DNA of 59,402 nucleotides from Actinomycetales bacterium. Its GTDB lineage: Bacteria; Actinomycetota; Actinomycetes; Actinomycetales; CAVURS01. The stretch is taken from the NCBI GenBank assembly GCA_045807245.1, contig JBJMHS010000040.1:1-59402 (forward strand), in the 5' to 3' direction. Position 1 is the first letter of the stretch. Every line of letters begins with the position of its first letter. A model generated the notes under the pieces. It ran no database searches and was not told where the DNA came from. It was given only the letters and a program-made list of their open reading frames with translations. The position numbers and the translations under genes were made by a program. Shown piece after piece: positions 8,044 to 18,084 of the stretch.

Positions 8044-10698
8044 GTGGGTTCGAGCGGTCCCGGGCTGCCGTACCCGGCGCGCTGGGAGGCCGACGTCGTG
8101 CTCCGCGACGGAGGTGTCGCGCACGTGCGGCCGATCAGACCGGAGGACGCCGACGCGATCCGCCGCTTCCACGCCGGGCAGTCGCCGGAGTCGGTCTACC
8201 TGCGCTTCTTCGCGCCGGTCCAGGAGCTGCCCGAGCGGGACATCAAGCGTTTCACCGAGGTGGACCACATCGACCGGGTCGCCCTCGTGGCGACGATCGG
8301 TGAGCGCATCGTCGGCGTCGCCCGGTACGACCGGACCGCGCCCTCCGTCGCGGACGTCGCGTTCAACATCGCGGACTCCGAGCAGGGCCGCGGCCTCGGC
8401 TCGGTGCTGCTCGAGCACCTGGCGGCGGCGGCGCTCGAGCGCGGTGTCCGGCGCTTCGTCGCCGACGTCCTGCCGCAGAACCGGCGCATGCTCTCGGTGT
8501 TCGCCGAGGCGGGGTACGAGACCACCCAGCGGTACGACGACGGTGTCGTCTCGCTCGGGTTCGACATCGAGCCCACCGCCCACTCGGAGGAGGTGCGGGA
8601 GGCGCGCGAGCACTCCGCCGAGGCGCTGAGCCTGCGCGCTGTCCTGCATCCGCGCTCCGTCGCGGTCATCGGCGCCAGCCGCAGCGGTGAGGGAGCCGGC
8701 AGCCTGGTCCTGCGCCACCTGCTGGAAGGCCGCTTCCGCGGTGCGCTCTACGTCGTCAACCCGAACGCCGAGCAGATCCAGGGCCTGACCAGCTACGCGC
8801 GCGCCACCGAGCTGCCGGGCGTCCTCGACATGGCCGTCGTCGCCGTCCCCGCCGCGGCGGTGGAGGACGTCGTCAAGGACTGTGCCGCCGCGGGGGCCCG
8901 CGTGCTGCTCGTCCTGTCCGACGGCTTCGCCGAGACCGGCGCGCGCGGGGTCCTGCTGCAGCGCTCGCTGGTCCGGCGGGCTCGGGCCGAGGGCATGCGG
9001 GTCATCGGGCCCAACTCGTTCGGGGTGATCAACACCGACGAGGACATCCGGCTCAACGCCTCCCTGGCGCCCGCGCTGCCGGCGCCCGGCGCGCTGGGCC
9101 TGTTCAGCCAGTCCGGGGCGCTGGGCGTCCAGGTGCTGGCCTCGGCGACCAGCCGCGGGATCGGCGTCTCGACGTTCATGTCCGCCGGCAACCGTGCGGA
9201 CGTGTCCGCGAACGACCTGCTGCAGTACTGGCTGGACGACCAGGCCACCCGCGCGGTCGGTCTCTACATCGAGAGCACGGGCAACCCCCGCAAGTTCTTC
9301 CGCATCGCCCGGCGGGTGGCTCGCCGCAAGCCGGTCGTCGTGGTGAAGTCCGGGGTGAGCTCGTACGGCGTGCCGCCCGGTCATGAGGTGCGCCAGACCC
9401 ACGTGCCGCGCGGCGCGTTCGACGCGATGCTGCGTCAGGCGGGCGTCATCCGGGTCCCCAACGTGCACCAGATGTTCGACGTGGCCCAGCTCGTCCTGAC
9501 CCAGCCGCTGCCCGAGGGCTCGCGCGTGGGCATCGTCGGCAACTCCGACTCGCTCAACACCCTGGCCGCCGAGGCGGCCGTGAGCTGGGGTCTCGACATC
9601 ACCGCGGGTCCGGTCACACTGTCGCCGCAGGCGCCGGTCGACAGTTTCATCGCCACCCTCGGCCAGGCCTTCGCCGACCCGTCGGTCGACTCCGTCATCG
9701 CGTCGTTCATGTCGCCGTTGGTCACGCCGGACGAGGCGGTGCTCGGCGCGGTCGCCGACGCCGCCGCTGTCGCTGGAAAGCCGTGTGTGGCAACGTTTCT
9801 CGGCATGCGCGGGGTCGCGCCGGGCACGTCGTCGACCGGGGGGGTGCCGGCGTACCCCACGCCCGAGGACGCCGTGCGCGCGCTCGCGTCGGTGTCGCGC
9901 TACGCGAGCTGGCAACGGCGCGGCCCCGGCAACCCGATCTCCCTCGACGGCACAGACCCGAAGGCTGCCCGCGCTCTCGTGCTGCGGGTGCTCGGCCGGG
10001 CGCCCGGGTCACGCCGCGTGCTGATGACCCGTGAGCAGGGGGCCGAGCTGCTCGCGGCGTACGGCGTGCGCGTCTGGCCGACCGCCGAGGTCGCGAAGGT
10101 GGATGACGCCGTGCTGGCCGCCGAGGAGTTCGGCTACCCGGTCGCGCTCAAGGCCGGGGACCCGGCGCTGCGCCAGCGGGCCGACCTGGTCGCCCGCCGG
10201 CTCACGATCGAGTCGGAGAGCGAGCTGCGCCAGGCCTTCGAGACCCTCAGCGACGAGCTCGCGACGTACGGCGTGCCGGACACCACGCTGCTCGTCCAGC
10301 CGATGGCGGCGCCCGGCATCGCGTGCATGCTGCGGACGATGGAGGACCCGCTCTTCGGCCCGGTCGTCTCGTTCGGCATCGCGGGCGCGGCGACCGAGCT
10401 GCTCGAGGACGTGGCTCATCGGATCCCACCGCTGACCGACCAGGACGTGGCCGACCTGGTGACCTCGATCCGGGCCGCTCCGCTGCTCTACGGTCACCGT
10501 GGGGCGGAGCCGCTCGACGTGGACGCCCTGCAGGACGTCGTCGCGCGGCTGGCCCAGCTGGCCGACGACCTACCCGAGGTCGCCGACCTGGACATCACAC
10601 CGGTGCTCGTCGGTGAGCTCGGCCTGGCCGTGCTCGACGTCTCGGTCGAGCTCAGCCTGGCGGCCCGGTCCGACAGCGACCGCCGCCGCCTCCTGTGA
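8044..10698 (+). CDS. Protein lysine acetyltransferase, PatA type (N-terminal GNAT plus NDP-forming acyl-CoA ligase-like domains)
   Basis: GNAT acetyl-CoA motif QGRGLGSVLL, CoA-binding SVAVIGAS, GPNSFG, SQSG and an ATP-grasp-like GYPVALK C-terminus. Confidence 0.88.
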   Translation: MGSSGPGLPYPARWEADVVLRDGGVAHVRPIRPEDADAIRRFHAGQSPESVYLRFFAPVQELPERDIKRFTEVDHIDRVALVATIGERIVGVARYDRTAPSVADVAFNIADSEQGRGLGSVLLEHLAAAALERGVRRFVADVLPQNRRMLSVFAEAGYETTQRYDDGVVSLGFDIEPTAHSEEVREAREHSAEALSLRAVLHPRSVAVIGASRSGEGAGSLVLRHLLEGRFRGALYVVNPNAEQIQGLTSYARATELPGVLDMAVVAVPAAAVEDVVKDCAAAGARVLLVLSDGFAETGARGVLLQRSLVRRARAEGMRVIGPNSFGVINTDEDIRLNASLAPALPAPGALGLFSQSGALGVQVLASATSRGIGVSTFMSAGNRADVSANDLLQYWLDDQATRAVGLYIESTGNPRKFFRIARRVARRKPVVVVKSGVSSYGVPPGHEVRQTHVPRGAFDAMLRQAGVIRVPNVHQMFDVAQLVLTQPLPEGSRVGIVGNSDSLNTLAAEAAVSWGLDITAGPVTLSPQAPVDSFIATLGQAFADPSVDSVIASFMSPLVTPDEAVLGAVADAAAVAGKPCVATFLGMRGVAPGTSSTGGVPAYPTPEDAVRALASVSRYASWQRRGPGNPISLDGTDPKAARALVLRVLGRAPGSRRVLMTREQGAELLAAYGVRVWPTAEVAKVDDAVLAAEEFGYPVALKAGDPALRQRADLVARRLTIESESELRQAFETLSDELATYGVPDTTLLVQPMAAPGIACMLRTMEDPLFGPVVSFGIAGAATELLEDVAHRIPPLTDQDVADLVTSIRAAPLLYGHRGAEPLDVDALQDVVARLAQLADDLPEVADLDITPVLVGELGLAVLDVSVELSLAARSDSDRRRLL

Positions 10699-10758
10699 GC
10701 GCGCCGTTGCTCTGGAGTTCGGATCGGCGCCGTCGGGCCCAGATGACAGGATGAGCGG

Positions 10759-11397
10759 ATGCGGGACGCCTCCACCTTGCCCACCGACCTTCGTACGGCC
10801 ATCGAACGCGCGGGGTACTACCCCGACCTGCTGGCCGACGTGGTGGACGTGGCGCTCGGCGGCGAGGCGGTGCTCTCCCACCTCGTGCACCAGGAGACGA
10901 CGTTCGACGCCGACGCGGTCCGCCGGCACGCCACGGTCCTGGTCCTGACGCCGAGCCGGCTCATCGTCGCCCACGCGGACGACCACGTTCCCGACGCAGG
11001 GCCGGCCGAGGGCCTCGCGGCTGCGGCAGCGCCCGTGGACACCTACGCGACGGCCGCGACCGAGTCCGTCCCGCTCTCCGCCGTCCACTCCGTGGTCGTC
11101 AACCACGTCGTCGAGCGGCCTGACTCCTACCGCGCGGGCCAGCTCGGCCGCGAGCTGACCGTGACGTTGGGGTGGGGCGCGGTGAGCCGGATCGAGCTCG
11201 AACCGGCGGGGTGTGGCGACCCGGACTGCGAGGCGGACCACGGGTACACGGGATCCGCGACGGCCGACGACATCTCGCTGCGGGTCAGCGCCGATGCCGA
11301 CGGCGAGTCGGCTCTGCGCGAGGCGATGGCGTTCACTCGCATGCTGTCGTCGGCGACCGCCACTGCCCGCGGTCACGGCTCGGCTGCGCTGCCGTGA
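10759..11397 (+). CDS. DUF5998 family protein
   Basis: AGYYP, HQETTFD, GWGAVSRIELEPAGCGDPDCEADHGYTG; conserved position before the phosphodiesterase gene. Confidence 0.85.
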   Translation: MRDASTLPTDLRTAIERAGYYPDLLADVVDVALGGEAVLSHLVHQETTFDADAVRRHATVLVLTPSRLIVAHADDHVPDAGPAEGLAAAAAPVDTYATAATESVPLSAVHSVVVNHVVERPDSYRAGQLGRELTVTLGWGAVSRIELEPAGCGDPDCEADHGYTGSATADDISLRVSADADGESALREAMAFTRMLSSATATARGHGSAALP

Positions 11398-11428
11398 CCG
11401 GCGGCCTCACCCGCTGACGGTCCGCCTC

Positions 11429-12601
11429 GTGACATCGCCCGTCCGGCCGGCCCTGCCGGTCGCGCCGACTCCGCCGCCGTACGGCCGGCAGACGCTCGCC
11501 GAGGTGCTGCCGGCGGTCGCCGCATCGCTCGGTGCGCCGGTCGCCGCCCGAGGCAGCGGTGGGCTGCAGCTGCCCGAGGCCGCGCGCGCGGTCGTGCTGC
11601 TCGTCGACGGGCTCGGTGACGTCCTGCTGCGCTCCCGGAGCGGCCACGCGCCGTACCTGCGTTCGCTGCTGGGCGACGGGCTGAGGCTGAGCTCCGGCTT
11701 CCCCTCGACCACCGCGACGAGCATGGGTTCGTTCGGCACCGGCCTGCCGCCGGGTGCGCACGGCCTGGTCGGGTACGAGGTGCTCGACCCGGCCCGGGAC
11801 GTCCTGCTCAACGAGCTCTCCTGGGAGCCGTACGTCGACCCGCACGCGTGGCAGCCCAACCCGACGGTGTTCGAACGGCTCGACGCGGCAGGCGTGCCCG
11901 TCACCCGCGTGGGACCCGCGTACTTCGACGGGTCAGGCCTGACCGAGTCGGCTCTGCGCGGCGGTGGGTTCGTCGCCGCCGAGTCCTTCGAGGACCGCGT
12001 CGAAGCCGGGCTGAAGGCGCTGGAGGCGGCACCCCGGGGTCTGGTCTACGTGTACTGGGGCGACATCGACAAGGTCGGCCACGTGTACGGCTGCCAGTCG
12101 TGGGAGTGGGGTGAGGAGCTGGCGCGGGTCGACGAGGCGGTACGCCGGCTCGCCGAGCGGTTGCCGGGCGACGCGGCGCTGCACGTCACTGCCGACCACG
12201 GGATGGTGGACGTCGCGATGGAGGACCGGCTCGACCTCGCGCACGAGCTGGACCTGGCGGCGGGCGTCCGGCACAGCGGCGGCGAGCCTCGAGCCCTACA
12301 TCTGTACTGCGAGCCGGGCGCGACCGACGACGTCGTCGCCGCCTGGACCGAGCGGCTCGGCGGCCTGGCTTGGGTACGCCGGCGGGAGGATGCCGTTGCG
12401 GACGGCTGGTTCGGCCTGGTCTCAGCCCACGTCCTGCCGCGGCTGGGTGACGTCATCGTGGCCACTGCGGACGACATCGCCATCGTCGACTCCCGCCACC
12501 AGCGGCCGCAGCTGCTGTCCCTCATCGGCCTGCACGGTTCCCTGACCGAGCAGGAGACGGCCGTGCCCTTGCTGACCGTGCCGGGGAGCAAGGTCGGCTG
12601 A
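11429..12601 (+). CDS. Alkaline phosphatase superfamily nucleotide pyrophosphatase/phosphodiesterase
   Basis: LVDGLG, FPSTTAT, DKVGH, TADHG and GLHGS metal-site motifs. Start codon uncertain. Confidence 0.88.
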   Translation: MTSPVRPALPVAPTPPPYGRQTLAEVLPAVAASLGAPVAARGSGGLQLPEAARAVVLLVDGLGDVLLRSRSGHAPYLRSLLGDGLRLSSGFPSTTATSMGSFGTGLPPGAHGLVGYEVLDPARDVLLNELSWEPYVDPHAWQPNPTVFERLDAAGVPVTRVGPAYFDGSGLTESALRGGGFVAAESFEDRVEAGLKALEAAPRGLVYVYWGDIDKVGHVYGCQSWEWGEELARVDEAVRRLAERLPGDAALHVTADHGMVDVAMEDRLDLAHELDLAAGVRHSGGEPRALHLYCEPGATDDVVAAWTERLGGLAWVRRREDAVADGWFGLVSAHVLPRLGDVIVATADDIAIVDSRHQRPQLLSLIGLHGSLTEQETAVPLLTVPGSKVG

Positions 12602-12602
12602 C

Positions 12603-13280
12603 GTGGCGGAGCTCGTCTTCTTCTGCGGCACGATGGACTGCGGCAAGTCCACGCTCGCGCTCCAGACCGACCACAACCACGCGGCCGGTGGCCGCCGGGG
12701 CCTGATCTGCACCAAGCTCGACCGGGCGGGCGACTCGCTCCTGTCCTCGCGGCTCGGCCTGTCGGTGGCGGCGATCGAGGTCTCCGACGACCTCGACCTC
12801 TGGGACCTTGTGGTCCAGCGCCGGACGTCGGGCCAGCCGGTCGACTACGTCATCTGCGACGAGGCGCAGTTCCTGCTTCTTCGTCAGGTGGAGCAGTTGG
12901 CCCGGCTCGTCGACGACATGGGGATCGATGTCTACGCCTTCGGAATCACCACCGACTTCCGTACGCAGATGTTCCCGGGCTCTCGGCGTCTGGTTGAGCT
13001 GGCCGACCGGGTGGAGGTCCTGCAAGTGCAGGCGCTCTGCTGGTGTGGTCGTCGGGGTACGCACAACGCGCGGACCATAGACGGAGTGATGGTCCTCGAG
13101 GGCGACCAGGTGCTTGTGGGGGACACAGACGGGGGAGCGGGCCACGTTGGATATGAGGTCCTTTGTCGCCGACACCACATGCGCCGAATGACAGCAGCGG
13201 CTGCCCACGCCGCGGCTTTGTCGCCGGACGTGCTCCCACTCGACGTGGATATCCCTCCCGGACCGCCCGTCACCACCTGA
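12603..13280 (+). CDS. tdk: Thymidine kinase
   Basis: GTMDCGKST P-loop, ICDEAQF, CWCG and YEVLCRRH zinc motifs. Confidence 0.93.
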   Translation: MAELVFFCGTMDCGKSTLALQTDHNHAAGGRRGLICTKLDRAGDSLLSSRLGLSVAAIEVSDDLDLWDLVVQRRTSGQPVDYVICDEAQFLLLRQVEQLARLVDDMGIDVYAFGITTDFRTQMFPGSRRLVELADRVEVLQVQALCWCGRRGTHNARTIDGVMVLEGDQVLVGDTDGGAGHVGYEVLCRRHHMRRMTAAAAHAAALSPDVLPLDVDIPPGPPVTT

Positions 13281-13296
13281 CCGTCTGCGGTCGCCG

Positions 13297-14460
13297 TCAG
13301 TCCCGCTTGCCGCCGAACATGATCTCGTCCCAGCTGGGCACGCTGGGTCGGCGGGCGCGCCGCTGCCCGCCGGTCAGCGACTCCTGCGCGGGCATGACCG
13401 GGCGGCCAGGCGGCCCGAAGTTTCGGGGAGGCGCCGGTGGCGGAGCATGTTCCGCCCCAACGTCGGCGGCGGACTGCGCGGCGGACGTCGTACGGTCCTG
13501 CGGCGGCGAGGGTTCGTCCGCGTCGTCGTCAGGCGCGTCGTCGCGGTCGCGCAGCCGCTCCGGGAAGGGGAACGGGTGCGGAGCCGGCGGGTCGCTGATG
13601 AGCGACGGGTCGAACGTCGCCGGCTCGATCTCGAGATGCTGCTGGGCCTCCGGAGCGCTCGATCCGGACCGCCGTCGACCATGGCGCCGGGCCCGCATCG
13701 CGCCGACGAGGTCGACCGCGGAGGACGCGTCGAGGTCCAAGCGCTGCGATGCGGTGAGACCTCCTTCAGCCTCGACGTCGTAGACCTCGCCGGCACCGGC
13801 CGGAGCAACGTCCGGCGGGAGCGGCGGTGGCGCCGTCAACGTCGGGACCGCGGCCAGGTGGGGCGCCGGGATCGGTGCGGCCGGTGGTTTCTCGTCCTCG
13901 GACAGCCACATCGCCTCGTCGTCCTGCGGTGTCACTGTGCGGGTCGAAGCGTCGTACGCCCAACGGGCCTCGCGCTCACGCCCACCGGCAGCGAAGCGGA
14001 GGGTCACCATCCACGGGCCGTCCTCGGTGCGCCAGCTGTCCCAAACGGTGCCGCGCACCTCCACGCCCCGCGCCGACAGGCGCTGCTCCACCCTCGCGCT
14101 GAGGGTCTGCGCTCCGGGGTCGGAGCTGCGCCGACGCATCGTGACCCCGCGGGCCAGCGCGATGACGTGCTCGCGTTCGGCCAACACGGCGCCCTCGTAA
14201 CGGCGCACCCGGTCCAGCGGCCACCCGCAGCGCTCGGCGACCTCGTCGGCAGTGGCGCCGGCCCGGATCTGCGCCTGCACCTCGCGCGGGCGCAGATCGC
14301 CGGACATCTGGATCTGGAGCTGGCCCAGGTGGGCGCGGTCACGGCGCACGGCAGCCCGCAGCGGCTCGTCCACCGCCAGCAGGTACTGCTCGCCGTCCGG
14401 CCCGGACAGCAGCAGGTGCTCCCCGTCGTCGTGGACGCCGACCAGCCTCAGGTCATGCAT
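13297..14460 (-). CDS. sepH: Septation protein SepH (DUF3071)
   Basis: MHDLRLVGVHDDG start, LRPREVQAQIRAGAT HTH, disordered tail ending RPSVPSWDEIMFG; GAAGGAG RBS upstream. Confidence 0.9.
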   Translation of the reverse strand: MHDLRLVGVHDDGEHLLLSGPDGEQYLLAVDEPLRAAVRRDRAHLGQLQIQMSGDLRPREVQAQIRAGATADEVAERCGWPLDRVRRYEGAVLAEREHVIALARGVTMRRRSSDPGAQTLSARVEQRLSARGVEVRGTVWDSWRTEDGPWMVTLRFAAGGREREARWAYDASTRTVTPQDDEAMWLSEDEKPPAAPIPAPHLAAVPTLTAPPPLPPDVAPAGAGEVYDVEAEGGLTASQRLDLDASSAVDLVGAMRARRHGRRRSGSSAPEAQQHLEIEPATFDPSLISDPPAPHPFPFPERLRDRDDAPDDDADEPSPPQDRTTSAAQSAADVGAEHAPPPAPPRNFGPPGRPVMPAQESLTGGQRRARRPSVPSWDEIMFGGKRD

Positions 14461-14636
14461 GCGTTCCGCTCCTTCGCTCGTGCCCCGCGCAGCCGGGGAG
14501 GGCGGGCCGCGCGGTCTGCTCCGACTGTGCCACCGAACGCCTGGCGGTTCGGGTAGGCGCGCCCGGTGCCGCGTTGCTTGACGAGCGGGTCAGAGTCGGT
14601 GGCGCGGGCGCCCGCGGGTGATGCGACGATCGACCC

Positions 14637-15761
14637 GTGCCACGCCTCGACCCCTACGACGCGGTTCTGCTGCTGAGCTTCGGCGGTCCGGAGCGCCCCG
14701 AGGACGTCGTGCCGTTCCTGGAGAACGTCACCCGCGGGCGCGGTGTGCCGGCGGAGCGGTTGCGCGAGGTCGCCACCCACTACGACGCGGTGGGCGGCAG
14801 GAGCCCGATCAACGACCAGAACCGAGCTCTGGTCGCAGCGCTGCGGGGAGAGCTCGCGAACCGCGGGTACGACGTGCCCGTGGGGTGGGGCAACCGGAAC
14901 TGGGCGCCGTACTGCGTCGACGCCCTACGCGACCTGGCCGACGCCGGGGCCCGGCGGGTCGTCGTCGTGACGACGAGTGCGTACTCGTCGTACTCGTCCT
15001 GCCGGCAGTACCGCGAGAACCTTGCTGACGCGGTCATCGCGCTCGCCGCCGAGGGGCGGGCCGTGGCCGTTGACCGGGTCCGCGCGTACTACGACCACCC
15101 TGGTTTTGCCGACGCGGTGACGCAGGCCACGTTGGCCGCGGTCGAGGCCCTCCCGGACGGCCTGCGCGACGACGCCCGTCTGGTCTTCGTCACCCACTCC
15201 ATCCCGGTCGCCATGGATGAGTCCTCAGGTCCGGACGGCCAGGCGTACGCCGCCCAGCATGCCGAGCTGGCCGGGGTGGTCGGTGAGCGCGTCGCGGCGT
15301 CGACCGGCCAGGACCGCCGGCCCGAGCTCACCTACTGCTCGCGGTCCGGCCCGCCGGGCCAGCCCTGGCTCGAGCCGGACGTCAACGACCACCTTCGCCG
15401 GCTCGCCGCCGAGGGGGTCCGGGCCGTCGTGCTCGTCCCCATCGGGTTCGTCTCGGACCACATGGAGGTCGTGCACGACCTCGACGCCGAGGCGGCGGAC
15501 ACGGCCCGCCGGCTCGGCCTCGAGCTGCGCCGGGCGGCGACCGTCGGCACCCACCCCGACTTCGTTGCGGGCCTGGTCGATGTCATCGAGGAGCGCGCCG
15601 AGCGAGCCCGTGGGGGCCAGCCCCGGGAGCCGGTCGTCGGCACTCTCGGTCCGTGGCCGTCGGTGTGTGTTGCGGGCTGCTGCCCGAACGCCCGGGCCGT
15701 GCGACCGGCCGCCTGCGGTGCCGACTGGACGGCACCGCTGGTCGCCGAGGCAGTCCGGTGA
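14637..15761 (+). CDS. hemH: Coproporphyrin ferrochelatase
   Basis: LSFGGPE, GGRSPIN, HSIP, SRSGPP..PWLEPD, GFVSDHMEV; C-terminal C-x3-CC...C cluster typical of [2Fe-2S] actinobacterial enzymes. Confidence 0.95.
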   Translation: MPRLDPYDAVLLLSFGGPERPEDVVPFLENVTRGRGVPAERLREVATHYDAVGGRSPINDQNRALVAALRGELANRGYDVPVGWGNRNWAPYCVDALRDLADAGARRVVVVTTSAYSSYSSCRQYRENLADAVIALAAEGRAVAVDRVRAYYDHPGFADAVTQATLAAVEALPDGLRDDARLVFVTHSIPVAMDESSGPDGQAYAAQHAELAGVVGERVAASTGQDRRPELTYCSRSGPPGQPWLEPDVNDHLRRLAAEGVRAVVLVPIGFVSDHMEVVHDLDAEAADTARRLGLELRRAATVGTHPDFVAGLVDVIEERAERARGGQPREPVVGTLGPWPSVCVAGCCPNARAVRPAACGADWTAPLVAEAVR

Positions 15762-16633
15762 GCGGGCCCGACCCGGCGACCTTGGTCGAGCTGGCCGAAC
15801 GGGTGGCGCGGGAGGCGGGGGAGCTGGTGCGGACCCGGCCCGACACGGTGGACGTCGCCTCCACCAAGTCCTCGCCCACGGACATCGTGACTGCCATGGA
15901 CACGGCGTCCGAAGCGTTGCTGCGCAAGGCGATTCACCATGAGCGACCAGAGGACGGCATCCTGGGCGAAGAGGGCGGCCAAGCGACGGGCGTCAGTGGT
16001 CTCACCTGGGTCGTCGACCCGATCGACGGAACGGTCAACTACCTGTACGGCATCCCGGCCTACGCGATCAGCGTCGCGGTCGTGACCGGCGACCCGCTGG
16101 ACCCGTCGGGACACACAGTCCTGGCCGGGTGCGTGCACAACCCGCTGTCCGGTGAGACGTGGACGGCCACGACGGGCGGCGGAGCGTTCCTCGACGGGCG
16201 GCCGATCCAGGTCAACCGCAAGGTGCCCCTCGACCGCGCCCTCGTGGGCACCGGGTTCGGGTACGACGCGGGGCGCCGGCGGCATGCGGCCCGGATCGTC
16301 GCCGAGGTGCTCCCGCGGGTGCGCGACATCCGGCGGATCGGGAGCGCCGCGCTCGACCTGTCAGCGCTGGCCTGCGGCCGGCTCGACGCCTACTACGAGC
16401 GCGGGCTTGGAGCTTGGGACCTGGCCGCCGGTGGCCTGATCGCCCGGGAGGCCGGGGCGCTGGTCGGTGGCCTGGACGGCCGCCCGGCGGGCCCGGAGCT
16501 CGTCGTCGCCGCGGGGCCCGGCCTGTACGAGGACCTCCAGGAGCTGCTCGGCCCGCTGCGCCCGGACCGGGACGGCGAGGATGACGACCCTGGCCAGCGT
16601 GGCCAGCGTGGAGGACATGGCGGGGATGAGTGA
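15758..16633 (+). CDS. suhB: Inositol monophosphatase family protein
   Basis: GEEG, WVVDPIDGTVNY, RRIGSAALDL and WDLAAG; GTGA overlap with hemH. Confidence 0.9.
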   Translation: MSGPDPATLVELAERVAREAGELVRTRPDTVDVASTKSSPTDIVTAMDTASEALLRKAIHHERPEDGILGEEGGQATGVSGLTWVVDPIDGTVNYLYGIPAYAISVAVVTGDPLDPSGHTVLAGCVHNPLSGETWTATTGGGAFLDGRPIQVNRKVPLDRALVGTGFGYDAGRRRHAARIVAEVLPRVRDIRRIGSAALDLSALACGRLDAYYERGLGAWDLAAGGLIAREAGALVGGLDGRPAGPELVVAAGPGLYEDLQELLGPLRPDRDGEDDDPGQRGQRGGHGGDE

Positions 16634-17057
16634 GCTCGCCGGGGCGGCCGAGCCCGAGCACGTCCAGGAGCTCCGCCTGGTCGTCACGGCCGAGGACTAC
16701 GACGTGGCGCTGGCCTTCTACCGGGACACGCTGGGCATGCCCGAGCTGGCGGCCTACCAGGCCGAGGGCGGGCACGTGACGATCCTGGACGCCGGCCGGG
16801 CCACGCTCGAGATCACCGACCCGGTGCACGCGGCGTACATCGACCGGGTCGAGGTCGGTCGCCGGGTCGCCGGACACATCCGGGTCGCGCTCGGTGTGCC
16901 GGACTCCCGCGAGGCGACCGGCCGGGCCCGGGCGGCGGGCGCGGAGGTGGTGGCCGAGCCCACGCACACGCCATGGGGGTCCGTGAACGCTCGGCTCGAG
17001 GCGCCCGGGCAGCTGCAGCTGACCCTGTTCTCGATGGATGAGGCCGCCGCCGACTGA
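16626..17057 (+). CDS. VOC/glyoxalase family protein
   Basis: LAFYRDTLG, ATLEI and PTHTPWGSVNARL. An in-frame ATG at 16617 is an alternative start. Confidence 0.85.
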   Translation: MSELAGAAEPEHVQELRLVVTAEDYDVALAFYRDTLGMPELAAYQAEGGHVTILDAGRATLEITDPVHAAYIDRVEVGRRVAGHIRVALGVPDSREATGRARAAGAEVVAEPTHTPWGSVNARLEAPGQLQLTLFSMDEAAAD

Positions 17058-17226
17058 GCCGTTCGGGTCGCGCGGCAGGACCCGGTTGGGGGTGTCGTGG
17101 CCCCCGCCGCTGACAACCGGCGCGCGATGGTGCACAATCCCTCCCCTGCGGGGGGCACAAACCGGGGCCCTGCTGCGTTACAACGCCGCAACAGTACGAA
17201 CGATCGTCGGGAGGATCGACGGAACC

Positions 17227-17526
17227 ATGGCGACCGACTACGACGCGCCACGCAAGACTGATGACGACCTGACCGAGGACAGCCTCGAAGAGCTGAAAGC
17301 GCGGCGGGTCGACAAGAGCGCCTCCAGCGTTGACGTCGACGAGACCGACCAGGCGGAGGGCTTCGAGCTGCCCGGTGCGGACCTGTCCAACGAGGAGCTC
17401 TCGGTGCGGGTGCTGCCCCGCCAGGCCGACGAGTTCACCTGTTCCCGATGCTTCCTGGTGCACCACCGCAGCCAGCTGGCGTCGGAGAAGAACGGCGTGA
17501 TGGTCTGCCGGGAGTGCGCCGCCTGA
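17227..17526 (+). CDS. DUF4193 family protein
   Basis: MATDYDAPRK start, FELPGADLS, EFTCSRCFLVHH and CRECAA; GGAGG upstream. Confidence 0.92.
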   Translation: MATDYDAPRKTDDDLTEDSLEELKARRVDKSASSVDVDETDQAEGFELPGADLSNEELSVRVLPRQADEFTCSRCFLVHHRSQLASEKNGVMVCRECAA

Positions 17527-17566
17527 CCTGAACCACTCACACACCGAGGCCCAGCGCCGGGCGGGT

Positions 17567-18040
17567 TCACCCCGCGTCGCGCTGGGCCTCGATCGCGAGC
17601 GCGAGCAGGTCCGGCCGGCGGGAGGAGATCAGCCAGTACGGCGTCGGGTCGGCCGGGTCGGCCACGCGGACCTGTACGCCGGCCTTCACCCATGCGCGCT
17701 GGCACAGGTAGGCCCGGGGGTCGAAGCTACGCCCCCGCAGCACCGACATCTCAGCGGCGTCCAGGACGGTCGCCGGACCGAGCAGGCGCACGGGGATGGC
17801 CGCGCGGCCCGCCCGCAGCACGCCCTCCGTGACCTCGACCACGGCCGACGTGAGCACGAGGATGCCCGCGCCGATGGTGGCTCCGGCCAGGGCGCCGAGG
17901 GCGAGCCCCTCGGCTCCGGCGAACGGCAGGAGCACCAGCCCGAACGACCCGCCGATGACGATCGCGACGACGTACCAGAGCACGGGCGGCGTCAGCCGTT
18001 CGCGGTACGCCGCGCGCGGTGCTGCCGCCGGTGCTGACAT
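17567..18040 (-). CDS. DUF3093 family membrane protein
   Basis: YRERL, two hydrophobic helices, [16 protein letters not shown]; divergent from dut. Confidence 0.88.
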   Translation of the reverse strand: MSAPAAAPRAAYRERLTPPVLWYVVAIVIGGSFGLVLLPFAGAEGLALGALAGATIGAGILVLTSAVVEVTEGVLRAGRAAIPVRLLGPATVLDAAEMSVLRGRSFDPRAYLCQRAWVKAGVQVRVADPADPTPYWLISSRRPDLLALAIEAQRDAG

Positions 18041-18084
18041 GGCGCGAATCCTGGCATGCGCGGCGGCGGGTAGGGTCGCGAGCC

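Noticed and set aside
7063..9915. Apparent 950-aa fusion ending in PsuG
   Set aside because: The N-terminal ~640 aa are the antisense shadow of the acetyltransferase gene; the real start is near 7989.
16591..16611. 9-bp tandem repeat TGGCCAGCG at the end of suhB
   Set aside because: Only about 2.3 copies in a low-complexity tail; no functional evidence.
17154..17180. GGCAC-N17-CGTT as an ECF promoter for the DUF4193 gene
   Set aside because: Mismatch in the conserved GGAA element; too weak to call.
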